Origin: Flaccisagitta enflata
Lineage: Eukaryota
Direction: 5' to 3'
Assembly: GCA_965153355.1 (NCBI GenBank)
Contig: OZ231126.1
Span: forward strand, 8,804,001 to 8,868,000
DNA: 64,000 nucleotides
Part shown: piece by piece, positions 36,140 to 50,300 of the stretch
How the letters are laid out: each line of letters starts with the position of its first letter
Numbering within the stretch: position 1 is the first letter of the stretch
The notes under the pieces: model-generated
Databases searched by the model: none
Told to the model about the DNA's origin: nothing
The model's input: the letters and a program-made list of their open reading frames with translations, nothing else
Program-made: the position numbers and the translations under genes

Positions 36140-38067
36140 CAGGCCTGAGCTATATAGCGTTTTTGACAACTATACAATACCAATACAATATTCTCAAGTA
36201 TTGGGACAATACAATACAATTCCAATATAATACAATATCTATCAAAATTGTATACAATATATCATCATTACATACAATACATTACAATTAAGGAGAACAA
36301 AAACATCAATTACGGGTTCACATACATATAATTCCAAAAAGGAAGTCTAAATTTTCGGATATTTTGGCATACCTATAGATCATAGATCCTGGTCTTGCCC
36401 CCACCCCTCCTCCTCCTCCTCCTCCCCCACCCGCTCCTGCTTCTCGACAGCCCAATCCGCGGAAGCAGCTGAAGAGGAAAATTCAGGCGGGGCTTAGGGA
36501 AAGGGTGAGTGATTTTTGGAGGGAGAAGATAGGTTGCTATGTTATGCAGGGTGATTTTCTAGCATTAGCGAAGGAAGAAAAGGGGTGTTTAACCTGGGCG
36601 AGTTATATGTGGGATATCCCTCAAGGTGTTATGAAATTCGCCGTTAATGCTGGAATCAACACCCTCCCCACTTTTGATAATTAGAAAAGATGGGGGAAGA
36701 GAGTCAATGATCGTTGTGGGTTCTGTGGTAACATACAGACGTTGGCGCATATTCTCTCTAACTGCGCAGTCGCATTAGAGCAGGGACGGTTTACGTGGCG
36801 TCATAATTCTGTTTTGTCCTCAATGATTGAATTGTTACGTCCAAAATTAATTGACGGCTACGTCCTTTATTCAGATTTACCTGGTATGCAGGCTGCTCAT
36901 GGTGGGACTATCCCTCCTCATGTCCTTGTTACTACCTTTAAACCTGATTTATTTTTGCTTAACGAGTCCATGTCCTCCGTCATCATTTTTGAGCTAACAT
37001 GCCCATGGGACAAGAATATAAACCGGAGCCATGAGTTTAAGGAAGAGAAGTACTCTTCACTTGTCACTGATCTGTCGCGTAATTATTCCGTTTCATTGTT
37101 TTCGGTTGAGATTTCAGCGAGAGGCCTGGTAACTCCAGCAAATCGCGCGCGTATTAAGGCTTTTTTATTCAAATGTTGCACAAATGCGAAATCGATCACT
37201 AAGCCGGCGATTTCTAGCTGCTCAAAAGCCTCTCTTCTGTCATCTTATAGTCTGTTTTCAGCACGAAATGAGCCGTCGTGGATCAGTCCTGCCCCACTTA
37301 AAGTCCGGTTGTGATTTTATTTATCATTTTATGCATCGTTCTTGCGTATTTTTATTTATGTCACATTGAGCTGTGATCTGTATCAGGCATTGTAACGTTT
37401 TCAACGATATTTATCAACCTGATAATCTGTAGAGCTCATTGTTGTCGTTGCTGTCTTATATTTTCATGAAATATAAGCCATCATTCATATGTGAACCCGT
37501 AATTGATGTTTTTGTTCTCCTTAATTAATTGCTACCATACATACGATGTCTCTGAAACAATACATTACAATATCTATGTAACCATATATAGTTTTGATAA
37601 TAAGTGATAAGTATTAACTAGTAATATGTATTAGAAATAATTATACTTAAACGATCTTTCAATAACTAAAAAAAAACATGATAATTTTGATGATTATATA
37701 TATTTTGTTTAATAAGAAGAGCTAAATAATCTAGTCCTAAGTTAGTAAGTTCCTCTTCCTTTTCCTCTTTTTAACCCTTACCCACTTATATTTAAATCAA
37801 ATTTTCCTCTTCTTCTTCAATCTTTCACTCTCTCCACTACTTTTATTCTTCCTCAGAGTTTTGAATGCTTTTCCTCCTCTTCTTCATCTCATTCAGTTTT
37901 TTCTCACATGTTTTACTCTCCTCAGATCAATTTTTGTGTAATATTGGGTTGTATTGTATTGTATTGTATTAGAAAAATTATAAAATAAGCAATATGTATT
38001 GGGAAAACTCAATACACAAGAATATTGTAAACCCAATACCAATACACAATACAATCGCTCAGGCCTG
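36140..38067. mobile_element. Non-autonomous hAT DNA transposon
   Basis: TIR CAGGCCTGAGC / GCTCAGGCCTG; exact 8-bp TSD ACTAGAGA (36132-36139, 38068-38075); subterminal CAATA repeats. Confidence 0.88.
36379..37314 (+). pseudogene. 5'-truncated non-LTR retrotransposon ORF (CCHC + restriction-like endonuclease; R2 group, HERO-like)
   Basis: INTLPTFDN*KRWG..CGFCGNIQTLAHILSNC..QGRFTWRHNSVL..KPDLFL..FELTCPW..KEEKY; one in-frame TAG at 36682-36684; no RT domain. Confidence 0.88.
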
Positions 38068-38481
38068 ACTAGAGAATGAGGCGTCAGCTGATAGCACTGC
38101 TGTCAGATTCAAACCATTTCACACTGAATCTGATTCTTTACAGACACGGTATGAAGTCGACTTCAGATTGTGTTTATCGGTCATACTGACAGATTTGATG
38201 TTGGGGCGAGCCCTGTATTCTTCTGCCTGGCTCTCAAGTTTTGCTGGCTGTGTGCCCGGAAGACTCTCTCAGGGAAGGCTGGGTTTCTAGTCAGAATTTG
38301 TAGTCGGTACTTCGATATTCATCTTGTTGATGGTCGTTACGGTAACAAGTGTCGATAGTCATGTTGATAATCTGTATAGTGTTTATAGTTTTAAGGTCGT
38401 GAGTTTCAGCGGTGTCACGTCATTAAAGTTGCCGTTAGACCAAAGAAGATGACTTAGAGTGAAAGTCTAAGTCCGGGGGGA

Positions 38482-38563
<82 letters not shown>

Positions 38564-38794
38564 AATTGACAGACAGACAAGCTAGAAAACGACTAAGTCG
38601 AAGAGTCACGTGAGACAGTTCAGACAAACAGACTATGATCGACTCAAGCCCGCATGTAATCATAAATGAGATTAACAAAAAGAAAGAAGGAAATAAAGTG
38701 AGAAAGAAGACAGAGAGGATAAAGAGAGAAAACGAGAGAGTATTAAAAAAAAACTGCAAAAAACGGCAAGTAGGAAGTTCCTACTAGGACAGTC

Positions 38795-39075
38795 TTATGG
38801 TTTTTGGTCTTTCGGTCTTTTGGTCTTTCATTCTATCAGTCTTTCAGTCTTTCAGTCTTTCAGTCTTTCAGTCTTTCAGTCTTTCAGTCTTTCAGTCTTA
38901 TGGTTTTTGGTCTTTCGGTCTTTTGGTCTTTCATTCTATCAGTCTTTCAGTCTTTCAGTCTTTCAGCCGTTCAGTCTTTTGGTCTTTTGGTCTTTTGGTC
39001 TTTTGGTCTTTTGGTCCTTTGGTCTTTCGGTCTTTCAGTCTTTCGGTCTTTCGGTCTTTTGGTCTTTCGGTCTGC
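38795..39075. repeat. 8-bp tandem repeat (tctttcag / tcttttgg variants)
   Basis: Directly visible units. Confidence 0.9.
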
Positions 39076-40741
39076 GGTCGGTTAATGGGTCAAATTTGGT
39101 CTTCTGTCGTTTGGACTTCAGACTTCAGTCTTCGGTCGGTTGATGGCTCGTTTTGTGCCCACTTACGCTCGCTTCGAATTCGATCACATTCAAAACCACA
39201 TTTTTGGGGTCCATATTGACGCGGGAATGGGAATCATTTATTCACAGCGAGTTTGTTCTGTTTCTTGCACACTCATGTCATGTCATTTTCTAAGCATATC
39301 ATGTCGGGACATGTCAGGCCAGGTGACGTCATGTTCTCATGTCACATGTTATGTCATGTATGGTTTTGGCAGATTCCCACGCAACAAGTCATAGCATGAC
39401 GTGACAAATCAAAACATGAGTAAAACATGAAATATGACAAATTTATGTCACTTTTGAGACCTAAACATTCAGGCTGATAAAGAGCGAAATATTCTGTGCT
39501 TGAATTGAAATTCAGCATTGCCCGCTGGATTATCAAATGGTGCATTCTTTAACAACAAAGCCAACACCTATAAGTCGCGTGCGAGACTTACATAATTTCT
39601 TAAGTACATAATCATACTGCTAAAATGACTAAAAATCACCTAGAATGACCTCAATTGACTTGAACACACAAAAATTACAAAATTGACCAGCGTGACAAAA
39701 TAACTTGGAATGACTTAGAATGACTTAAGAAAACTTAGAAGGACTAGGAAGGACTTAGATTTACTCAGTGTATTCTTCGATGACTTAAATGACATAAGAA
39801 TAAAATTGATAAAAAAAAAGTAAAGTGAGACGGACTGACTGACCGACCGACCAACCAACCGACCGACGGACGGACAGACAAAGTGGGGTGTAGAGTCGCG
39901 TGCACGCGACTAAAAACGACTTTTTAAAAGGATTCCATTAGAATAAAGATGATTCAAATACTTGTTAAGTTGATCATTTTTCTCTCTTCCTCCTCCACTC
40001 CTTTTCTTTCTTTCTTTTTTTCCTTTTTTTTTTTTATTTTTTTGCCATAACGATTTTTTTTTTCATTGGCGTGGATCAATTTACCAACCATTACATCGGC
40101 TGGTTTGATCCATTTTATGGTTCATTTGTCATTTAGGAGTGAGCTCTTAAATGGGTAAATGTTCAGTCCTCCTCTTCAATTTCTTTCTAGTTTCTACCAT
40201 CTTTACCTTTTAGTCGCTCGCACGCGACTCTACAACCCGCTCTGTCTGTCTGTCGGTCTGTCGGTCCGTCAGTCCGTCACGCTTAGCTTTTTTTCGCCGC
40301 CCCTGCCCAGCCGCACGCGACTTCGGTAGCCGTGTATCCGGCCTTGTTACGGTAGCAGTTATCAGTTTTGCCCCGTTTCAGCGCCATTCCTCATTGACCA
40401 CCAGACGCTTTGCAACAACCACATCAACGCCACTAGCTGTACACCAGTAACCATACAATGGTCAGGGGTTAAAATTCTTCCCAGCTTCCGAGAAGCATAC
40501 GGGTTTTCTTTCTAAGAACATTTAGGAGATTTCAAACATTTCTGAGAAGCGCGGCTTCCCTCTCCTCTACACTTTGAATGCCTGCCATACATCACTACCC
40601 CAGTAGACCTGCAACAACGCAGCCAAATACACAACAACAACAACACAAAATGCACATCAGCACCACCAACTGCACACCTGTAATTGACAGGGGCATATTA
40701 GAAGGGGTCGCCAGGGTAGCCATGGCAACCTCTGTTGGAAC

Positions 40742-40817
<76 letters not shown>

Positions 40818-41390
40818 GAAGACAAATATATCTTATTATCTTACCATTTCAATTTGCTACTTGCTCTGAAAATAACTTGGAATCATTTATTTATTCAAAC
40901 ATATGAATTGAAATGGGCTTTAGATGAATAGAGAGAATTTAAGCAAATAATTTATATCAGGACACAAAACTTGTTGGGATACAGACTATGGGTGGCTACC
41001 CCTAAAACTTCTGCTCCCATACGCCACTGGTTATCGGGTAACAACGCAACCCAAATGCACAATACCTCACCCACAAACTGCACACGTGCCGCCCTGCAAT
41101 ACAACCACATGTTGCCTTGCAATCATGTCACCATTTCCAAACCACTAATCCCACCAACAGCAAAATCATTCACGCTGTATTGACACGAAAAGTCGCACTC
41201 CCTATTTTCCTTCCCCTTCCCCTTCTCCTTCCCAAAGTTCTTCCAATCCTTGACCACCAATCATCAGCCGGAGGCTTATTCATTTTCCTTTCAACTTCTG
41301 ATTTATCCAACCACGGAGACTCATATACTCCCCTTACCCCTTACTATCTACTTCTTTCTACGTCTTTCTACTTTCCTAAAATTGTGTTCT

Positions 41391-41584
<194 letters not shown>

Positions 41585-41738
41585 TTTCTCTCTGCAACCT
41601 CTCTAGTCGTGGCCCCCCGATCATGCTGGTATTTATCTTCAAGTAATGTAGTAGTTAGTATCGAGTTAATAGTTTGTAAGCGAGCCATGTTTGTTGGTGA
41701 AATGGTTTTTGCCGAGTCATTGGAGAAATAGTTGTTGC

Positions 41739-41830
<92 letters not shown>

Positions 41831-44377
41831 GAGAAATAGTCTTTCGTCGTTGATGATGTTCAACATCTGCTTCATTGTTTTGGGCCTGTCCATGTTATGG
41901 GTTTTTTTTTTTTGTTGTTGTTGTTGTTGTTGTTGTTTTTTCTTTTTTGTTTTTGTTTTTGTTTTTTTTTTCTTTTCTTTTAGTCGCTGGCTAAGCGACT
42001 CTAGAAGAGGGTGTGTCCCTTGGTCTGTCTGTCTCTCTGTCTGAGTGTCCGTAACGCGAAATTTTGGATGCCGCGAAATTGACCATATTTGTGATTTTTG
42101 AGCATAACAGCCCCTGCCCACCTAAAATACAGCCCCTGCCCACTGACTGACTGCCCCTGCCCCTCAGTGTACTGCCCCTGCCCACCTGTCAGCGACTGCT
42201 TCTTGGCCGTGTATCCAACCTTGTTTTTTTATTTCTTTTCAAATTTTTTATTCATTTTATCGCATCTTTCTTTCTATTTCTTTTTCTCCTTCATCTATTT
42301 ACTTCGGTTTTTTTTATGTTGTTGATGGTTTTGTATTTGTTTCCATCTCAAAATCCAACCAAAAGGCATCACTGAAAAATAAGATTAAAAGGACTGATCA
42401 ATTGAATGAGTTTCCATTTGTGAGCGAGCAGAAATGAGCCAGTGAACTAATGAGCACAATGTGCGCTACATGTTTCTTGGCGTTGCCCACCTGCGCCTGA
42501 GCCGTTTTTCGGTATCACGGCTTTTTTCTCATCATCTTTTCTGTTTTCTTTCGCCACAACATTTATTCCATATTCTTTTCCTTTTCCTTCTTCTTCTTCC
42601 TCTTCTTATTCTTCTTCTGCATTTTTTCTTCTTTTTCTTCTTCTCCTTCTTTTTTATCTTCTTCTTCTTCTTCTTCTTCTTCTTCTTTTTCTTCTTCTTC
42701 TTCTTCTTCTTCTTCTTCTTCTCCTTCTTCTTCGTCTTCGTCTTTTCTTTTCTTCCTCTTCCTCTTTTCTTTTTCTTTTTCATTCTTTTTGTCTTTTTCT
42801 TCTTCTTCTTCTCCTTCTTCCCCTTTTTCTCCTTCTTCTCCTTCTTCTCCTTCTTCTCCTTCTTCTACTTCTTCTTCTTCTTCTGCTTCTTCTGTCAGTC
42901 ATGGACTCGCGACTCTACACATTACTGTATCGCTCGGTCCGGCTTCTGATGCTGCAGCATGCTGGCCGAAAATACTGGCGCAAAACAAAGCTAAAAAAAG
43001 TGATTCTTTGACATGCAATACTTAGAAATATCAGTTGTCAGTTTCTGGCACTGTGCCTTATCTGTACGATTAGCGTTAACACCTTCAACTTTGGGGGGTC
43101 AAAAATCAAAATTGCAATTTTGGTATCAAAATTGATTCTAGTGGCAAGGAAAAACATAAACTAAGACCAATCAAAAAAATTTAGCCATTTTTTTAAATTT
43201 TTATGGCCTCACAAGCTTTCAGAAGTTGAAAAACAGCGAAATTTTTGCATCAAAATTTCGACCATTTTTCTCCTTACCTTTCACTGAAAAATTATCATTG
43301 TGGGCTCAAAAATCCATATAAAGACATGCGGTTTTTTTTGCTGGCTCGGTCTTGAGTAGTTCTATCAGCTAGGAAAAAAAAATTGTCCGAAAATTTACAA
43401 ATTTTTGGGGTATTTTTAAAAATACTACATTTTAGATTTTTTTTTTGTGAAAAATTCATGAAAAGTAGGTCTGGAACTTATATTGCCCCAAGAAACCCCA
43501 CCAATTTTTTTTCATGATTTGAAAGCCCTAATAGGATAGAGTCTTGGACCACTTTCAAAACTTGAGGAATCTGGCGGAACATTGGTCATTTAGGGGCATA
43601 AATGCTCACATGTTGAAATTCAGTTAAAGTCAGGGAGCTTAACGGCAAAAACTAAAGTGTAGGTCCAAATTTGCCAAAAAGCTCTGGAACCTTATTATTC
43701 TGACATATTTTTCCGTGCTGAACATGTATCTGGCCTCCATTTTTGAATATTTTTTGAGCTCCCCTCTCAAAAATCCATTTTTTGGCCAATTTTGGGGTAA
43801 AAATGTGTTTTTTTGGCTACTTAGAGTCCACTGTTGTCCGTTGGTAGAAATTTTCAATTAAACCTAACAAGAGCTGTAGTAAATACACTGTCCACAAGAA
43901 TCTGGTGGCTACACAAAGTTCCTAAATTGTCAAAAATAGGCCAAAAATGGGTCAAAATAGCCTAAAACGGCATTTTTTCCAAAAATATCCGAGTCACTAA
44001 GAAATTTTTAGCCAATCACACTCAATCTAGTCAGAACTAGGATAGATATATGCATTGAGAGCCTTGAACGATGATACCAGGGTCATATCAGGCCAAAAAC
44101 AGGCCAAAAATTGGCTACATTGACCAAAATCTGCATTTTCATCAGACCAATCATTATTATTACAATTTTTTTTGCCAATCTCATTAAATCCAGTCAGAAC
44201 TAGGTCAAATATATCCATTGAGAGCTTTGGTCACTGATACCGGAGCCTTAATAGGCCCAAAACAGGCTAAAAAGGGGCTAAAATGACCAAAATCTGCATT
44301 TTCATCTAAAAAATTGCTGTCAATTACAATATTTCCAATTACCTCACTCAATCTTGTCACAATAGGGCTGTTTTCTA

Positions 44378-45590
44378 ACATCAACAACCTGAAAAACTGT
44401 GAAAATGGCCATTTTTATGGCATTTTATGGCAAAAAATGACACTGAAAGACAACAGCTTCACTTGAATTTTGGCATGAATATATCTTAGAGTTAAACTAA
44501 TACTGTTTGACCATTTGCCACCTTTCACAGCTGTTTTATAACATCAACAACCTGAAAAACTGTTAAAATGGCCATTTTTACGGCATTTACGGCATTTACG
44601 GCAAAAAATGACACTGAATGATGACTGCTTCACATGACATTTGGGATGAGCATGTCTCAGGCCAAACAATCACTGTTTCATCGTTTGACAACTATAACAG
44701 CAGTTTAAGAACATCAACAACCTGAAAAACTGTGAAAATGGCCATTTTTACGGCATTTTACGGCAAAAAATGACACTGAATGACAACAGCTTCACTTGAA
44801 TTTTGGCATGAATATGTCTTAGAGTCAAACTAATACTGTTTGACCATTTGCCACCTTTCACAGCTGTTTTATAACATCAACAACCTGAAAAACTGTGAAA
44901 ATGGTCATTTTTACGGCATTTACGGCAAAAAATGACACTGAATGATGACTGCTTCACATGACATTTGGGATGAGCATGTCTCAAGGCCAAACCATCACTG
45001 TTTCATCGTTTGACAACTATAACAGCAGTTTAAGAACATCAACAACCTGAAAAAACTGTGAAAATAGCCATTTTTACGGCATTTTACGGCAAAAAATGAC
45101 ACTGAATGACAACAGCTTCACATGTATTTTGGCATGATCATGTCTCAGAGTCAAACCAATACTGTTTGACCATTTGCCACCTTTGACAGCTGTTTTTTGA
45201 TACCAACAACCTGAAAAACTGTGAAAATAGCCATTTTTACGGCATTTTATGTCGGAAAATGATACTAAATGATGACAGCTTCACTTGATTTGTGGTATGA
45301 GCATGTTTCAAGGCCAAACCATCAGTGTTTCACCATTTGACAACTGTAGCAGCACTTTTAGAACATCTACAACTTGAAAAACTGTATAAATAGCTATTTT
45401 TACGGCATTTTACGGCAAAAAATGACACTGGATGATGACGGCTTCACTAGAATTCTAGCATGAATAAGCCTCAGAGTCAAACTATCACTGTTTGACCGTT
45501 TAGCCACATATTTCAGCTGTTTGTGAACATGAAAATCCTGAAAAACTTTCAAAAAGGCCCTTTTTGCATCATTTTACGTCATTTTACGGC
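44378..45590. repeat. ~163-bp satellite, about 7.5 monomers alternating A/B
   Basis: aacatcaacaacctgaaaaactgtgaaaatggccatttttacggc recurs about every 163 bp; the second half of each monomer alternates between two variants. Confidence 0.9.
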
Positions 45591-45884
45591 TCTGTGTGGA
45601 CAATTCTTTTCCGAATGTGCTCTATAACTTTTTTTGACCTCGATGCAATATATGTGATTGGTTTAGGGCAAAAAATTTGCACTTTGACCAAATCTCCCAA
45701 ATTGCCTGGGGTTGACATACATAAATCACTGCGTCTGGGAGACGAGGAAAAGCAAGAATTTACTTTCTTTCTTTTCTTTCCAGTTGCTTGCACACAACTC
45801 CCTTCCCCGCTATTTTGGTCGGTCTGCCCATCCGTCCGTCCATCCGTCTGTCCGTTTTACCTTTAGGCTGCGTTTCCCTTGCCC

Positions 45885-45982
<98 letters not shown>

Positions 45983-46370
45983 AACACACATATATACTAA
46001 AGCTTTGCCAACCACACACATGCATTTTCTATTTTGGAATGATGAAATGGGTTTTCTTCGATAAAAGAAAATGTTTTTTTGTTTTTTTTTACCAAAAAAA
46101 AGAAGATATATCGGAGTAACCAGAGGTGTTATGGTACGTTCATCTTTCTTTGTCTCTTTTTCTCCATTTCATTTTCTCTGGTTGATGTTGTTGTTGTTTT
46201 TGTTTGTTGTTTTTTTCCTTACTCTCTGTCTGTCTGTGTCTGTTTTTAGGCCTGCTTCATCTCTATTCCACTCTTCTTTCCTTCTCTAAGTATCATTTTT
46301 CTGTCCTCTTGCCGTCGAAATCTTCTACTCTCTATTCTCTTTCCTTCTTTCTTCTTGCTTTCTTTCTGTT

Positions 46371-47283
46371 TGTTAGAAATGTATGTTCGTCCGTCTGTTA
46401 AGTGTGTGTGCTTTTGTTTCTTTTGCGTGCTTTTGGCTTTTCCTCTTTTCTTATTATTCAATGCCGGTGTCTTTTGTTTCTCGCCATTTTTCATAATGAA
46501 GGCTAGATGGGTAACCATATGGTTGCGCCTTGTATTTTATGCCATTTGTTTTTATTACGTAAACAAACATACGTAACTCGTCTTCGTATCATCCAATTTT
46601 GGATTGATTGTTTTTATTTATTTACGGCATTGCTTCCTAAAGTGATTGATTGATTTTTCGTGATTGATTGAATGTGCCCTTGGAATTTACTAATTTCAAT
46701 AATCTCTCATCTTTTTATTGCAGATAAACTTATGAACGGACAAATAACGTTAGTTTGACATCGACAGACTGTGGGTGAAACCAACGAAAGTGGGCCTAAA
46801 AGTAAGTTTTATAGACGCGTCTTTGCTTTTAGTAACGTTGTTTTTATCTTGTTCTCCGGTCTGTTATTCTTGTTTTTTGCATTGTTGCATTTTTATCTCC
46901 GGATTTTAGCATGGTTTTTAACGTTTGTCCGATCAGCTAACTATGGGGATGATATGGATGAATTTAATGGGACGGGCCGGGGCAGGGGCAGGTATTATCA
47001 GGTGGCATGGGCTCTGAAGAAGATGAACATGTTGTCATGTGCTGTTTCTGTCCTTTATTGTGTCCTGTCTCGATTTCATGTTATCTTTTGCGTTTGCTGA
47101 TCATCATTAACGCCCACTTTCCCTTTTATTTTATCCCCTCTCTCAGTTGTTGAAATTTTTATGGAATAAACGAGACGGTCACCTTCCTATTTTCCAATTC
47201 GGCCACCTTTCTTTCACCACAAGTCGTCAGTCAGCTAGTTGCCCATGGACAGTGCCAGTTGAAACTCGTGGGCGTAATTTATA
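46371..47283 (+). repeat. 5' LTR (913 bp)
   Basis: TGTTAG...TTTATA; matches 52731-53644 with about half a dozen differences by eye; AATAAA at 47165. Confidence 0.92.
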
Positions 47284-47351
47284 TTTCAACAATTTTAAAT
47301 CGACTCATCCCTTACGACTTTTCCCGACCCCCCGGCGGCAATTTCGTCGAC

Positions 47352-50300
47352 ATGGCGGCGACTAATGGCGACGATAATCAATCGAACGCATCAACGTCCT
47401 CTCGTGCGTCCTTCTTCGGTTTGAATCAATGTCCGAGGACAGATACATTGTGTGGTATGAAGGACGAATTAAAACGTGAAATGGGGCGATGTCAACAACT
47501 GTTTAACGCCGTTGCAGTGACTGTAGTGGACACCAACGAGTGGGAAGATGCGACGGTGGAATCCGACGCAGCTAGACACTGCTTTCGTGATATGGTGAAT
47601 GACTACATCATTTTTGCTCGCCAAATGGCAACGGACAAACTGCCAGGCGACCCTCTTCGTTTCGCGGCGTCGAGTCTGCGGCGCCTCCGGCGCCAATGGT
47701 ACGCAATGCGTTTCTTCGACCTCGAGAATTATCAAGAGGGTTTTCCATCTCTCTCTGACATCGTCCACGCGCACGGAAGACATAGTGGGAATAACCAACA
47801 TCCTCATTTTTGTACCCCAACAAGACAAAATTGCGTCAATCAAAAATGCGTCCTTTCTCCTCAATTGCCAAATGGACAATCGCCTCCAAATTCGCCCATT
47901 ACACCGTCTTTAAATCGAATTGACTTATGTTAAACCTTTATAAATCCTAAACTAATTGGCAAAAAGTCTTCAAATTTTCAGAGAATGTTGGTAATATACT
48001 ACGGTTTTGTTAAGCAAAACTTCCATTTTTGGCTATGGAAAGGTGAGGATCAGCTAATTATTGAAAAAAGTGGATTTTTAGGGGCAAAATCACTTATTTC
48101 ATAGGGTTTCTAGAAAGAAGTTGTTATTATAAATTTACCATTTCAAAATACATTGAGCTGGAACCCTGAGACTGGTTTCAAATGAAAAGAAAAAGATATT
48201 TTTTAGTTTTGGTAAATTTTTTGACCATTTTTTTACATTTATGAAGATTTTGATCAATTTTACAGAATTTAAAGCTGTTTGACAGCAGAATTTTTTTCTC
48301 AAATCATCAGTAACCTCTTGAAATATCCAAATTTTCTGAAATTTTTTGACAGAACTGAAATCTATGATATATTGTCTGCCATTTGAGACCTTCCCCGGGG
48401 CTATAGCTTTTTTTCTTTAGAAATAGCGTGCAAATAAAGAAAGCTTCTTTGCGGAAGGAAATATGGAAGAATTGTTGCTGCTTCAAAAGTGAATTTTATT
48501 TGATGTTTTGCCAATCCTCAACTATCTAATTCCCCAATTTGAGGTTTTGTATAACAAAACCGTAGTATATTACCAACATTCTCTGAAAATTTGAAGACTT
48601 TTTGCTAAGTAGTTTAGGATTTATAAAGGTTTAACAAAAGTCAATCCGATTTAAAGACGGTGTATATTAAGAGACTCTATCGATCAGTGGATGTCACAGA
48701 TTCATTCGGACTATAGCTCGCGCGTAAACATCCATGATGATACATTGGACAATCTCGTCGACGCCGAGACACTCGCCAAAACCGTCAAAAGCAGCGTCAT
48801 GAATGGTGCGGCGACGAGAGAGGAGGCAGAGAAAGGCGGTGGAGGAAGAGAGGAAGAAGAGGGTATGCAGGAGGAAGAGATGGCAATGAATCTGCAGCGA
48901 CAGCAATGAGAGGATGCTGAGTGGAGCAGAGCAGCAAGCAGAGGAGCCGGAGAGTGCCAAGAGCAACGCCGAGAGCAACAATCGCAGCATATGCAGCCGG
49001 TGCGAAGACAGCCACAACTCCAACACGGGCAGTCGCAGCAGTGGAGCTGTTGCAACAGCAACAGCAGCAGGAGCAACTACAGCGACAACAGCAAGCTGCA
49101 GCGTATAAAAAACAGCAGCAAGAGCAAATATCTCAACAGCAACAGGCTGCCGAGCAACAAAGGCTACGGCAGGAGCAGCTACACCAACAGCAGGAGCAGC
49201 TGCTTCAACAACGTCCATTGCAAGAGCAGTCAATCAACAACAGCGGATTCAATTGCAACAGCAAGAGGCTGAAGAGCAACAGCAACAGCAAGAACAAGAA
49301 AGGACACGCATGCAACATCAGCAGCGGCTCCATCAGCAACATCTGCAGCAACAAAATTCCGTGATTGCTCCTGTGATAACTGCTCATCCTCTTACAGCGA
49401 ATTACGAACCCCTCAATAGTGGATACATCAATGTGGATGTTGGGCAACAGCCACAGCCTAAAGACAGCGATGCAGAGTCTGATGCATCAATGATAACAGC
49501 AAATGACGAAGCAGAGAAGACAGCTGGAAGAGAAGACGACCAAGGGGTAGCGGACGAGGCGAATGAGCGGCGGACGCATCCACAGCTCGCGCCATCTGCA
49601 ACCCTAGGGACGGCGCACCCTGAAGCTGATCGTCAACTGCATCGTCTACAGCAAAATGCTGCCCAATTGATGGAAGAGAATGCGGCGCAGCAGTTGCAGA
49701 TTCGACAGAAGGACTCGAATTGCGAGCAGTTTATATGGAAATCCAAGATTTGAGAAGACGCCAACAGACGAATCATCTAGCTCGCCAAACTGCTCGTCAA
49801 CCGGAAGTGGTGAATCTGCAGCCTCAGAGCGACGCCATCGAAGCTTTTTTAAAAAGAGCGTCTTACGATAACCTCATGCGAGCGAGGGAGGTTGGTCTGA
49901 GAACAATGGAGAGAGATAGACCAAATAAGCCTCTGCAAAATCTTTCATCTACTGATTATATGATGTGGAAACGAAAGTTCAAAGACTCTGCAAAACACGA
50001 TGGACTGACGCGGATGGACATTCTCTCAGAATTACCTAAATGGTTTTCTGGTCCGGCCAAAGAAATCGTTGAAACGGCGATGATTGGAGCAACGGAAGAG
50101 AGCGCCGAGGAGGAGTTGAATGTTGCCTTCAAGAAGATGGACCTACTCTTTGTGGCAAATCGCAGCAACATCCCGGATCTCTTCAACAAAATCGTCGCAA
50201 AGCCGAGGATTCAATCTGCTGACCATGACGGACATTTCCATCTCGCATCAGTGCTGTTAAAGGCAAAGAAGATTGCGCATACATGTGGAGAATTGTACCA

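Noticed and set aside
43075..45720. DNA transposon enclosing the 163-bp satellite
   Set aside because: Ends are only loosely inverted and no TSD was found, so it is not called as a feature.
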